Source of the DNA: Bacteroidota bacterium
Lineage (GTDB): Bacteria; Bacteroidota; Bacteroidia; AKYH767-A; 2013-40CM-41-45
Assembly: GCA_003389385.1 (NCBI GenBank)
Contig: QQVM01000022.1
Coordinates: 68,490-132,489, forward strand
Direction: 5' to 3'
Length of the DNA: 64,000 nt
Below the pieces are notes generated by a model. That model worked only from the letters and a program-made list of their open reading frames with translations. It was not told where the DNA came from and ran no database searches. Of the stretch, positions 20,177 through 29,960 are shown piece after piece; the first letter of the stretch is position 1; every line of letters starts with the position of its first letter. The translations under genes and the position numbers were made by a program.

Positions 20177-21949
20177 ATGAGCAATAAAGAAAAGCTGCTT
20201 AGCGTAAAAAATCTAAGTACTGAATTTTTAAGCGGCGAAGGAATACATAAAGCAGTAAAAGGAATCTCATTCGACCTTCACAAAGGCGAAACTCTAGGTC
20301 TTGTGGGCGAATCAGGATCAGGAAAATCTGTTACATCACTTTCTTTAATGCGACTTATCGGCAATCCCGGTAAAATCAGCGGAGGTTCTGTGATTTATTC
20401 TGAACGTGATGATAAACAGACAGACTTGCTTTCGCTACCTGAAAAAGAAATGAGAAAATATCGGGGGAAAGAGTTAGCGATGATTTTTCAGGAACCCATG
20501 ACCTCACTCAACCCGGTTTTAACTTGCGGATACCAGGTGGCAGAAGCTATCATGATCCATAACAGAGTGAGCAAAACAGAAGCACGAGAAGACGTGCTGA
20601 AGCTGTTCAGAAAAGTCGAACTGCCCAGACCGGAACAAATGTTTGATGCTTATCCGCATCAACTAAGCGGTGGACAGAAGCAGCGTGTGATGATCGCTAT
20701 GGCCATCAGCTGCAAGCCGCAGGTACTGATTGCAGATGAACCCACAACTGCACTGGATGTTACAGTACAGGCCACAATCCTGAAGCTTCTTAAAAATCTT
20801 CAGCAGGAAACCGGAATGAGTCTGATTTTTATCACTCATGACCTGGGCGTGATATCTGAAATAGCAGATCGTGTGCTTGTCATGTATCAGGGAAATATCG
20901 TTGAGCAGGGTGCCATAGGGGATATATTCATGAAACCCGCACATCCTTATACAAGAGGTTTGCTAGCCTGCAGACCCAGGCCTGATAGGAAGCTAAGGGT
21001 GCTTCCTGTCTTATCGGATTTCATGAAGGTTGATGCAGAAGGAAAGTTTTCAGAGAAGATTTTCAATGAAACAGAAGAGCTTAAAAAACTTGAGCTTAGT
21101 CCAGAACAAATAATCCGGGAGCGAAACAAAATATATTCTGGAAGCCCGGTCCTGGAAGTGAAAAACCTGAGCACCTGGTTTCCGGTGCGTAAAGGACTCT
21201 TTGGAAAAACAAAGGATTATGTGAAGGCTGTCGACGATGTCAGTTTCAATGTTTACCCCGGAGAAACCCTTGGTCTTGTAGGTGAGTCAGGTTGCGGCAA
21301 AACCACTCTTGGCCGCTCGATTATCCGACTGGTAGAGCCCAGCTCAGGACAAGTGATTTTTCGCGGATACGATTTCGCCGGACTCAGGGGAAAAGCACTT
21401 CGCCAGACAAGAAAGCACATACAGATTATTTTTCAGGACCCTTACTCATCACTCAATCCGCGAATGACCATAGGCAATGCAATTCTTGAACCAATGGAAG
21501 TGCATCGTATGCATGATAATTATGAGAAGCGAAGGATGAAGGTCTTTGAATTGCTTGAGAAAGTCGGACTTCAGGCAGATCACTTCAACCGTTATCCTCA
21601 TGAGTTCAGCGGAGGTCAAAGACAAAGAATCTGCATTGCACGCGCATTGGCATTGGAACCGCAGTTTATCATCTGCGATGAATCAGTCTCAGCTCTGGAT
21701 GTGTCGGTGCAGGCTCAGGTTCTGAATCTGCTCACGCAGCTTAAAAAAGATTTCGGACTTACCTATATTTTCATCTCTCATGATTTGTCTGTCGTAAAAT
21801 TCATGAGCGACAAGCTTATCGTCATGAATAAAGGTAAAATTGAAGAGGCAGGATATCCTGAAGAAATTTATGCAAATCCCAAGTCGGATTATACTAAAAA
21901 ACTGATCAGCGCAATCCCTGGAATGAAGAAGGATTTTTCCGGAAACTGA
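20177..21949 (+). CDS. ABC transporter ATP-binding protein with two fused NBDs, of the Dpp/Opp (YejF/GsiA-like) type.
   Basis: Two Walker A motifs (GESGSGKS, GESGCGKT), two LSGGQ signatures and two oligopeptide-type C-terminal extensions (AHPYTRGLL; SDYTKKLI). Confidence 0.85.
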   Translation: MSNKEKLLSVKNLSTEFLSGEGIHKAVKGISFDLHKGETLGLVGESGSGKSVTSLSLMRLIGNPGKISGGSVIYSERDDKQTDLLSLPEKEMRKYRGKELAMIFQEPMTSLNPVLTCGYQVAEAIMIHNRVSKTEAREDVLKLFRKVELPRPEQMFDAYPHQLSGGQKQRVMIAMAISCKPQVLIADEPTTALDVTVQATILKLLKNLQQETGMSLIFITHDLGVISEIADRVLVMYQGNIVEQGAIGDIFMKPAHPYTRGLLACRPRPDRKLRVLPVLSDFMKVDAEGKFSEKIFNETEELKKLELSPEQIIRERNKIYSGSPVLEVKNLSTWFPVRKGLFGKTKDYVKAVDDVSFNVYPGETLGLVGESGCGKTTLGRSIIRLVEPSSGQVIFRGYDFAGLRGKALRQTRKHIQIIFQDPYSSLNPRMTIGNAILEPMEVHRMHDNYEKRRMKVFELLEKVGLQADHFNRYPHEFSGGQRQRICIARALALEPQFIICDESVSALDVSVQAQVLNLLTQLKKDFGLTYIFISHDLSVVKFMSDKLIVMNKGKIEEAGYPEEIYANPKSDYTKKLISAIPGMKKDFSGN

Positions 21950-22009
21950 GAGTATATTCCCGGACCATTTCCGTCAAATTCCAGCAAAATCCCCATTCCT
22001 TTTTATACC

Positions 22010-22765
22010 TTGCAGCCCGTATTTATGTTAGGAGCTGAAAAAGAAAAATGGGCTGTAGTGGTCCCGATGGCAAATGAAGAACCGGATTTTTTGCCTTTTA
22101 TTAAGGCCTTGAAAAGCAGCCTTGATGGAATAGGTTCAGGTGTCGTATTTTTCATCGTTGACAATGTGTCAAAAGACCGCACTCTTCAGCTTTGCCAGGA
22201 ACTTTCCGCAACTGATAATAGATTCCAGACTATCTGGGCCCCTGAAAACAGAAATGTAGTGGATGCATATATGCGTGGCTACCAAGAAGCATACGATAAT
22301 GGATTTGATTACATCATTGAAATGGATGCAGGATTATCGCATGAACCGGATACTCTTTCAGAGTTTATAAAATTCCTCAGCCAGGGAGTGGAATGTGTCT
22401 TTGGCAGCCGCTTCATTAAAGGCGGCAGCATGGGCGACTCTCCGTTCAAACGAAGAATGTTGTCTCAAACAGGTACCATGCTTTCTAATTTGTTGCTCGG
22501 CACTCGAATGAAAGACATGACTTCCGGGTTCCAGGGCTTTAGAAATGATATCGTTAAGAAGCTATTGGAATACCAATTAAAATCCAAAGCTCATTTTTAC
22601 CAGACTGAAATCCGTTACCTTTTACGCAAACGTAAATACATAGAAATACCGATTCGTTATAAAGCTCCCTCGCCGAGAGTGTCAGGTAAGGCGATTAGAA
22701 ATTCGATAGAAACTTTGCTCTATTATTTCTGGAGGAGAATTACTTTTCGCTCAATTTCTCTTTAA
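22010..22765 (+). CDS. GT2 polyprenyl-phosphate sugar synthase (DPM1/Ppm1-like).
   Basis: VVPMANEEP...FFIVDNVSKDRT...EMDAGLSHEPD matches the DPM1-like consensus (VPTYNE...DDgS.DgT...DADLsHhP). Length is 251 aa with no TM segment. Confidence 0.7.
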   Translation: MQPVFMLGAEKEKWAVVVPMANEEPDFLPFIKALKSSLDGIGSGVVFFIVDNVSKDRTLQLCQELSATDNRFQTIWAPENRNVVDAYMRGYQEAYDNGFDYIIEMDAGLSHEPDTLSEFIKFLSQGVECVFGSRFIKGGSMGDSPFKRRMLSQTGTMLSNLLLGTRMKDMTSGFQGFRNDIVKKLLEYQLKSKAHFYQTEIRYLLRKRKYIEIPIRYKAPSPRVSGKAIRNSIETLLYYFWRRITFRSISL

Positions 22766-22767
22766 AA

Positions 22768-23781
22768 ATGAAGAAAGCAACTTCACTTATAATTACATCC
22801 ATTGCTTCGCCAAACGAAGTTCTGAAATCCTGTGCTGAAGGTTCACGTGAAAATGGCGTACGCTTCATTGTGATTGGCGATGTGAAATCACCGGCTGATT
22901 TTAAGCTGGATTCATGCGAGTATTATTCGGTGGAGGCTCAGGAGAAGACTGACTTTCGTCTCGCAAAGCTTCTTCCATATAAGCACTATGCACGAAAAAA
23001 CCTCGGTTATCTTCTTGCTAAAGACAGTGAAGTGATCATTGAAACGGATGATGATAATTTTCCACGTCAGGATTTTTGGAGTGAAAGAATTAGAATGACC
23101 GGCGCACTCAAACTTGAAAACCAGGGATGGGTAAATGTATACAGGGCTTTTTCCGATTCATATATCTGGCCCAGGGGATTTCCGATTGAATTCTTGCAGG
23201 ATGATATGAATTCAGGTTCTGATTTGATTATCAAGTTCCGCACTAAAGGTCCTGAACTCATGGACTGTCCGATACAACAAGGGCTTGCTGATGATAATCC
23301 GGATGTTGACGCGATTTACAGAATGACAATGAAATTGCCGGTAGTCTTCGGTAAAGTTGAGCCAATCGCACTTGCTAAAGGTTCATGGTGTCCGTTCAAC
23401 AGTCAGAACACCACATGGTTCAAAGAAGCATTTCCTTTATTGTACCTTCCTTCATATTGCAGCTTTCGCATGACCGATATATGGAGAAGTTTCATCGCAC
23501 AAAGAATAGCATGGACCTGCAATTGGTCTGTGTTGTTTCATTCGTCAACGGTTTGGCAGGAGCGCAATGAGCATAACCTGCTTAAAGATTTTGCAGATGA
23601 GGTCCCGGGATATCTTAACAATGTGAACATTTGCAAAGCTCTTGAGGAGGCTGACTTGAAAAGCGGTGTGCTGCATATCGCTGAGAATTTGATGAGATGC
23701 TACAAAATTATGGTATCAATGAATTTGGTTGATGAGAAAGAACTCAAATTGGTAGATGCATGGCTGCAGGATATATCCTGA
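22768..23781 (+). CDS. Hypothetical protein, possibly a DUF288/STELLO-like glycosyltransferase.
   Basis: N-terminal IITSIASPN...VRFIVIGDVKSP...RKNLGYLLA...ETDDDNFP recalls the DUF288 family. This is my own recollection and is unverified. The gene is coupled 2 bp behind the GT2 gene. Confidence 0.4.
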   Translation: MKKATSLIITSIASPNEVLKSCAEGSRENGVRFIVIGDVKSPADFKLDSCEYYSVEAQEKTDFRLAKLLPYKHYARKNLGYLLAKDSEVIIETDDDNFPRQDFWSERIRMTGALKLENQGWVNVYRAFSDSYIWPRGFPIEFLQDDMNSGSDLIIKFRTKGPELMDCPIQQGLADDNPDVDAIYRMTMKLPVVFGKVEPIALAKGSWCPFNSQNTTWFKEAFPLLYLPSYCSFRMTDIWRSFIAQRIAWTCNWSVLFHSSTVWQERNEHNLLKDFADEVPGYLNNVNICKALEEADLKSGVLHIAENLMRCYKIMVSMNLVDEKELKLVDAWLQDIS

Positions 23782-23832
23782 TTCTTCAAATTTGTAAAAT
23801 AACTTATATATAATTTCGCATCAGGTCTTTTA

Positions 23833-26016
23833 ATGGTTTACAGAAAAGAAATACTAGCCATGTTGACCCTGGCTATGCTCACTTCCATGTATTTTGTTTT
23901 ACACAGGAAGAAAAGGCAGTCCGATGCTGATCAGTCACAGAATTTTACTGTACAGGAAGCAATGACCCTTTCTGAAGAAGTGGTTCTTTATCGGGAAGTA
24001 TTTTCGTTTGAGAATGAAGCCGGAATAGACAATGCTTTTTCTTTGAGTGCGGATAAAGCAAACAGCGGAAGACGAAGTGTCAAACTTGAAAACAATGTCG
24101 AATTCGGCGCAACAGTAAAGAGAAGGCTCGGTTCACTTGCCAAGACCGGCAAAGCAGAAAGAGTAAAGATCAAATGTTTCGCACAGTCCGATGAAAAAAT
24201 AACAGAAGGTAAAATTGTAGTATCGATTGACGATCCTTCCGGCAAAAACCTGTTTTGGCAGGCGCTTAGCGTTCCCGAATCAGTCTTGAACTGGACAGAA
24301 CTTGATGCGGAATTCAATGTAAGCAAGGATGTGAATTCGGATGACAACATCTTGTCGGTCTATCCCTGGAATCCCGGAAAAAAAATATTTTATATAGACG
24401 ATCTTGAAATAAGCCTGATTGGCAAATCAGTGGTCCGGCCTTATGCTCAGGATCCTCTGATACAGACAAACTTTGAATTTACTTTTGAGAATGCATCCAC
24501 GGATGTATTTGGAAAAAATATCAGCGATGATGTGGCAAGAAACGGATCAAACTCACTCTTGCTTCACCCGGGAAACAAAAGTTTTTCAATCATTAAAAAA
24601 ATTGAAGAGGTAGCAAATGCGGATGTCAAAACGGTCTCGATCAGTTTTTGGGTTTATCCTCTGAAAGAAAATTGTGATGTCAATATGGTGTTTTCATTAA
24701 AAGACAGTTACGGAAAACAGAGCATTCAGAATAAAACCACGGGAAAAATGAAACTCCGTCGAAATGCCTGGAACAGAGTAAATGCGCGATGGAAAACAGA
24801 AAATGAGAATGCTGCAGCAGGAAGTGTTTTTGAACTTTATCTGATCAATCAGGGCAGAGGCGATGTGTATATCGATGACATGTTGGCTGTATTCGGAGAT
24901 CCTCCACCGGCACCTGGTGGCAGTCCGGTCATCAGCACTTATAAAGCGGAAAGCACAGTGCTGCCTCCGGTAAATAAACCTCCTTTCAGACCGGCTTACC
25001 TGCAAAAGTTGTCTGCATTGACGATGTTCAGTATGGGCAATGATAAAGCTGATGGAAAAATCGGCATTCAACCCGGCGCACATTTTCATTACGGGAATTT
25101 TACTGGCAGTGCTGAGAACCTCTTGATACTGCAAGGGAATACAGTAATCCTCTGCAATCTGGATGTGACTTCATCTGTTCCAAATAAGATCATTGAATTT
25201 GTGACAAGCCGGAATTATTCTTCTGCCATTCAAGTTGCGGATATAAAATTATATGATGAAAGAAAATGTCTGATCGCATTGCTGGAGGATAGAAAAAGCT
25301 TCAGTATTCTTTGCTTTGATGAAACCGGAGTGAAAGAGAAACCTATAAAACTTCAAGCTGAGTTGCAAGGGTATAATCATATCAGCTCAATCGACATTGA
25401 CGGAAAAAGCTCATTCGAAATAGTTCTGATGAGTGAGTCAGGGAAGTGGATCGTATTGTCCGATGACGGCGCTGAATTGTACAATGGTACTTTGAATGTC
25501 CCGGATCTTCGCATTACTTCCCTCTTGCAAATGAAGCATAATTCTTCAGAAAAAAAGTTGATGACATTTGGAATGAAATCCGGAAAGTCATTTTCAGCAA
25601 TATTGTCCTGGAATAAAGCGGCTCAAAAATTTCAGACAGAGAGAATGCACACATATGAATACCCGCTGTTCAATTCTGGAGATAAAATATTTGAACTTCC
25701 CCAGACTAATTCTTCCGTTTCATATTACCAGATTAATAATTCAGGCCGAAGATTTAGCATGCGTCTGATGAAGTATTCTGATAACAGGATGATTGTTCTG
25801 AATGATCTTGATTTCAAGGGATATCAAGCCGATGCGAACCCTAAATACTATGAAATGATCAGGGTATTGCCATTGTATCCTAACAAGATTTATCCAACAT
25901 CTTTCCTGGTCTTTCATGCGAATTGTTTCGACAAGGACTATTCAGGTAAATCATGCAGCAGGTTCGAAGATATTGACGGATTGCCCAACGGTTTTTCTAT
26001 TTATTCATTTCAATGA
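23833..26016 (+). CDS. Membrane-anchored extracytoplasmic protein with two N-terminal CBM4/9/22-like beta-sandwich domains and a large C-terminal region of unknown function.
   Basis: N-terminal TM anchor (LAMLTLAMLTSMYFVL). Two segments each run FE..G...S..A.SG..SL...FW...Y.W(N)..G...YIDD(L/M). A PPPAPGG linker follows. Confidence 0.6.
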   Translation: MVYRKEILAMLTLAMLTSMYFVLHRKKRQSDADQSQNFTVQEAMTLSEEVVLYREVFSFENEAGIDNAFSLSADKANSGRRSVKLENNVEFGATVKRRLGSLAKTGKAERVKIKCFAQSDEKITEGKIVVSIDDPSGKNLFWQALSVPESVLNWTELDAEFNVSKDVNSDDNILSVYPWNPGKKIFYIDDLEISLIGKSVVRPYAQDPLIQTNFEFTFENASTDVFGKNISDDVARNGSNSLLLHPGNKSFSIIKKIEEVANADVKTVSISFWVYPLKENCDVNMVFSLKDSYGKQSIQNKTTGKMKLRRNAWNRVNARWKTENENAAAGSVFELYLINQGRGDVYIDDMLAVFGDPPPAPGGSPVISTYKAESTVLPPVNKPPFRPAYLQKLSALTMFSMGNDKADGKIGIQPGAHFHYGNFTGSAENLLILQGNTVILCNLDVTSSVPNKIIEFVTSRNYSSAIQVADIKLYDERKCLIALLEDRKSFSILCFDETGVKEKPIKLQAELQGYNHISSIDIDGKSSFEIVLMSESGKWIVLSDDGAELYNGTLNVPDLRITSLLQMKHNSSEKKLMTFGMKSGKSFSAILSWNKAAQKFQTERMHTYEYPLFNSGDKIFELPQTNSSVSYYQINNSGRRFSMRLMKYSDNRMIVLNDLDFKGYQADANPKYYEMIRVLPLYPNKIYPTSFLVFHANCFDKDYSGKSCSRFEDIDGLPNGFSIYSFQ

Positions 26017-27941
26017 CAGAAGGCATGAGATATTCAATTGTCCTGATAGCATCGCTTTTCCTTTTTTCTTGCGGAGGCAAAAAAGAAAGAAAGAGTTTGG
26101 TGCAAAAGAAGAAGTTCGACATCGTTCATTTTAGTGCGCTGACAAACTGGGGGCAACAAAATCAAAAGGATAAAACAATAGAGTTTGACTATACAGATGC
26201 AATTTTGCATGGTTTTGTCATGCCCAGCATCAGGCAGGTTCAGGATGGAAAATTCACATTCGAGTTTTCTGTAAGTAATAAATCCGATTCGGCAGCCAAA
26301 TTCCATTATAAGATTTATTATCAGAATGAGAGTTATAAATTTCATGAGCTTGATTCTATCAGCGGAAGGGAGCATGAATTCGCGAATGAGAATTTTTATG
26401 GAAGCTGGCTCGATACAGGAATTGGTTTCAGAGAAACGGAATTAATTCAACCTGGAAAAAATGTTAACATTACGGATTCCTTTCAGATTGCAGGTAATCC
26501 CCGCAATGAGCAGATTTGTTTCAAGGATGGAGTGAATCAAAGGTGGAAAAGAAACCCAAGAACAGGCGAGTATCGTTTCATGCTCGTTGTAATCAGCGAC
26601 GCGGCATATAAATCAAAATTGATACCGGAATATATATCAAACATATCTCTGACTGTTAATGGAAGATTCCAAAATCCATTTTACTTTTTTAAATACGGTG
26701 CAGGAAGCAAGTCATCCGAAATTGCTGTAGTGCATGCGGAAGAGAGACTCATGGCAAGCGCACGCCCTGACCCGGGTGCGGGAATGTTTTATAATCCTTA
26801 TCATTTTGATTACAGGATGAAGAGAATTAAAACGGAATACCTCTGCGATACAGACAGCCAAGCTTACAAAAATGCTGCCTTTGAACAGTTTGTGCATCAC
26901 ATTGATTATTCAACCAATCTTGAAAACATTCCGGTAATCGCCGATGTCTCAGGAAGCAATTACACGAGGAGAGATTATAACTGGAACCGGAGTTTCTACA
27001 GAAGAGAAGAGCTCATCTCCACTCCCCCGAATGCGCCAATGTACCCTTGTGAAACTGTAGTTTCTGATCCAGTCAGAAAGGTGATTACCATTCGAAACCC
27101 CGGCGTTACATACGGCAACTGGAAGAAGGAAAATGTTGGAATCATCACAAGGCACGGACTGGCATACGGAAAGTATCGCATGAAGTGCAAGCTCACCAGA
27201 CAACTCAACGATCATAATGTCTGGAATGGAATCACCAATGCAATTTGGATGATATACCAAAGCGGTGAAGATTGGAATCTCAGACGGGCCTGCCGCAAGG
27301 AAGGATATATGGAAAATTACTACGGAGGAAGAAATGACAATCGCGTGAGCCGCGTCGGTTATTCAGAAATCGATTTTGAAATTTTAAAAACTCCGGATTA
27401 TTGTCCTGACCAGTACTTTCCACCCGTATATAAGAATCCTGCACCGAACAGATTCAATCAAAGCTCATGGAATGTACCATGGCCTCAGGATATAATGGAC
27501 ACGGATGACAAGCTGAGCGTATCCTGTACAAACTGGGACATGGCCTGCTGGGAGCCATCAAAGTACGGTGTCGGTTGCAATCCCATCTCATATCAGGGAC
27601 AAGTCTTTAATTCGCACAGATGGGACCACTGGTACCGTGCAATCACTCAAAAAAAGCAGGTAAGCGACAAGGAAATGTTTGGCGGACCATACTATTATTT
27701 TGAAATTGACTGGAGGCCGGAAGAGATTATATGGAGAATCGGTCCGGAACCTGATCAGATGTTCATTGTAGGATATATGAATAAGGACATCACTTCCATA
27801 CCGAATAATCAAATGCTGATGATTGTGACTCAGGAATTTCATAACACTCAGTGGTGGCCTGGTTCGCCTTACCATCAGCAATACATTCCTTTCCCTGAAA
27901 AAGATCTCGTGGGCGAGATTTATGAACTGGTGATTGAATAA
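26013..27941 (+). CDS. Lipoprotein with a GH16-like (concanavalin-type glucanase/transglycosylase) domain in its C-terminal half.
   Basis: Lipobox LIASLFLFSC. AYGKYRMKCKL...GITNAIWM...SEIDFEIL matches the GH16 signatures YGriEarIKl...WPAfWM...EIDixE, including the catalytic ExDxE. It overlaps the upstream gene by 4 bp. Confidence 0.55.
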   Translation: MTEGMRYSIVLIASLFLFSCGGKKERKSLVQKKKFDIVHFSALTNWGQQNQKDKTIEFDYTDAILHGFVMPSIRQVQDGKFTFEFSVSNKSDSAAKFHYKIYYQNESYKFHELDSISGREHEFANENFYGSWLDTGIGFRETELIQPGKNVNITDSFQIAGNPRNEQICFKDGVNQRWKRNPRTGEYRFMLVVISDAAYKSKLIPEYISNISLTVNGRFQNPFYFFKYGAGSKSSEIAVVHAEERLMASARPDPGAGMFYNPYHFDYRMKRIKTEYLCDTDSQAYKNAAFEQFVHHIDYSTNLENIPVIADVSGSNYTRRDYNWNRSFYRREELISTPPNAPMYPCETVVSDPVRKVITIRNPGVTYGNWKKENVGIITRHGLAYGKYRMKCKLTRQLNDHNVWNGITNAIWMIYQSGEDWNLRRACRKEGYMENYYGGRNDNRVSRVGYSEIDFEILKTPDYCPDQYFPPVYKNPAPNRFNQSSWNVPWPQDIMDTDDKLSVSCTNWDMACWEPSKYGVGCNPISYQGQVFNSHRWDHWYRAITQKKQVSDKEMFGGPYYYFEIDWRPEEIIWRIGPEPDQMFIVGYMNKDITSIPNNQMLMIVTQEFHNTQWWPGSPYHQQYIPFPEKDLVGEIYELVIE

Positions 27942-27948
27942 TATCTAA

Positions 27949-29907
27949 GTGGCTCAGCGAATGGCCGAAGAAAATGCAAAGCAAAGCGTGGGACTGAAAC
28001 AGAGAGGGGATATGCTCCTCTTTTACATTCTTTGCATTCTTTCAGTATTGCCTCTTTTCACACTGAAAATATTTTATACTCTCGAAGGTCCGCAACAAAG
28101 TTATTTTGCCGGAATACTTGCGAACATTTGGAAAGGCAATGAAATCGCTTCAATGCACTTCACTCAAACAGGGCATTTAAGTCCAGGATCTTCAATTCAG
28201 TATTTGCTTGCGATCTTTCAGCTTGTTTTCAGTGCAATTGTTTCTGAAAAAATATTTCAGTTTTTGTACATCATTTTAGCAGCATTCGCATTTCGATTGT
28301 TTCTTAAGAAACTGTACTTAAATACAAAGCCATATTCTCTGCTCATCTTCCCGCTTTTATTTTCATTTCCTTTTTTTACAGGAGCGTATTCAGTTCTTGC
28401 GGGCTTTGTTATTCTGTTCTTGATACTCGCATATTTTATTTCTTCAAATGTCTTGAGCCTAAAGCGTCTAACGGTCTTGTCTCTTTTGTTATTGGTTGCG
28501 TGTTTTACAGACACCTTGTCATTTGTACTCGCATTTCTGTTCATCACATTGTATCAGCTCACAGCGAATAAAGGAAATGATGTGACGAAAAGAGGCAGTA
28601 TCATTCCCATATTAATTACCTGCTTCCCTTCTTTCCTCTACTTATGGTTTTTTACGGAAGGTCAATCATTGTTTAGCACTTATTCATTTGAGATGTTTCT
28701 GAATCAGGCTAAGGAGCTGGTTCAATTAAGGAGTTTTATAGTTTTCAATCGGGAAAAGGAAATTTTCTACTCTATGGCGCTTGGACTTTTGATTGCGCTT
28801 GCTGCAGTCAGAACGTTTACATCACGAAAGAAACTTCAGGGAAATATTCTCTTTCTTACAGCTTCATTGGTTTTGATAGCTCTTTTATATTTTTTCATTC
28901 CTGCAATACCCTTGTTCTCCGGAAGCTCGGCGCACATGATGCAGGTTTATCTTCTTTCATTTCTTATATGTATTGCTGCAGTAAGCAATATCGACAATGT
29001 CTCCCGCATCCTTATTGGAATTATTCTCATAATTTCTGCAATAAATTATATTCTTAATCTTCATCCTGTACAAAAAATCAACAATCAGGAAGTCATTGAG
29101 CATTTTCACGCATCTTCACAAATGCGTTCAGACGCAACAGTGCTCCACCTTGATTACTCAGGCAATTGGTTTACACGGGAAATGAAGCATATGCTGGATG
29201 ATAATAAATCTCTTATGATCCTCAATGCTTCCTATGGTTTCGGAAATCTGTTTAATGCAAATCAAGCAAGATCCATAGCTCCATTCATCCAATCTGACCT
29301 AAACGCTAAGCCTTGTCCTGATTTGAAGGCATTTCATGATCAATGCAACTGCAGAACAGATTATATCATTCTTTGGAAAAAGCAGAATGTTGATACTGAT
29401 TGCAAATTTGAAAATGAGATCCTTAAAAGTGAGTACGAGCTGCTGCCATTGACTGATGCGCCGCATTTGCAGCTATGGCAAAGGAAACAATTGTCTTTTG
29501 TTTCCGGCAGCCGGAAACAGGATTTCGAAAATTATCAGGGGGATAATCTGCTGAACAGCGTATCAGGAAGTCGTTTCATGATGAAGGAGAATCTTGAATT
29601 CAGTCCGGGTCTTGAAATGAAGTTAATCGAAACGAATCTTGAATCTTCGATCTTCTTCCAGGGAAGTGTTAAGGTATACGGTACAAGCGGCAGTTCGGAA
29701 GCATTTCTGATCTTGAGCAGAGAAAGAGGTGGCGAGATACTGAATTACATTAAATCAGATGTTTTGCAGGTTCATTCAGGTGAAGGAGAATTTTTCATTC
29801 AGATGGAAATTTCAGACCCGCATCCAGATGATCTGCTGAAGTGCTATGTTTGGAAACCAGGAGGAGGGACTATAATTATTGATGATTTAAATGTAAACTG
29901 GCGATGA
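27949..29907 (+). CDS. Polytopic inner-membrane protein (about 10 TM in the first 370 aa) with a C-terminal CBM-like domain. The architecture is GT-C-like (ArnT/YfhO-like) and would be the partner of the GT2 polyprenyl-P-sugar synthase.
   Basis: Hydrophobic helices are read directly from the sequence. The C-terminal 130 aa carry the same ...CYVWKPGGGTIIIDDLNV signature as the neighbouring proteins. Confidence 0.5.
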   Translation: MAQRMAEENAKQSVGLKQRGDMLLFYILCILSVLPLFTLKIFYTLEGPQQSYFAGILANIWKGNEIASMHFTQTGHLSPGSSIQYLLAIFQLVFSAIVSEKIFQFLYIILAAFAFRLFLKKLYLNTKPYSLLIFPLLFSFPFFTGAYSVLAGFVILFLILAYFISSNVLSLKRLTVLSLLLLVACFTDTLSFVLAFLFITLYQLTANKGNDVTKRGSIIPILITCFPSFLYLWFFTEGQSLFSTYSFEMFLNQAKELVQLRSFIVFNREKEIFYSMALGLLIALAAVRTFTSRKKLQGNILFLTASLVLIALLYFFIPAIPLFSGSSAHMMQVYLLSFLICIAAVSNIDNVSRILIGIILIISAINYILNLHPVQKINNQEVIEHFHASSQMRSDATVLHLDYSGNWFTREMKHMLDDNKSLMILNASYGFGNLFNANQARSIAPFIQSDLNAKPCPDLKAFHDQCNCRTDYIILWKKQNVDTDCKFENEILKSEYELLPLTDAPHLQLWQRKQLSFVSGSRKQDFENYQGDNLLNSVSGSRFMMKENLEFSPGLEMKLIETNLESSIFFQGSVKVYGTSGSSEAFLILSRERGGEILNYIKSDVLQVHSGEGEFFIQMEISDPHPDDLLKCYVWKPGGGTIIIDDLNVNWR

Positions 29908-29960
29908 ACAAATTTGTACTCTAACGAGTAAAAACTAATTTTATCCGATTAGAAACTAAA

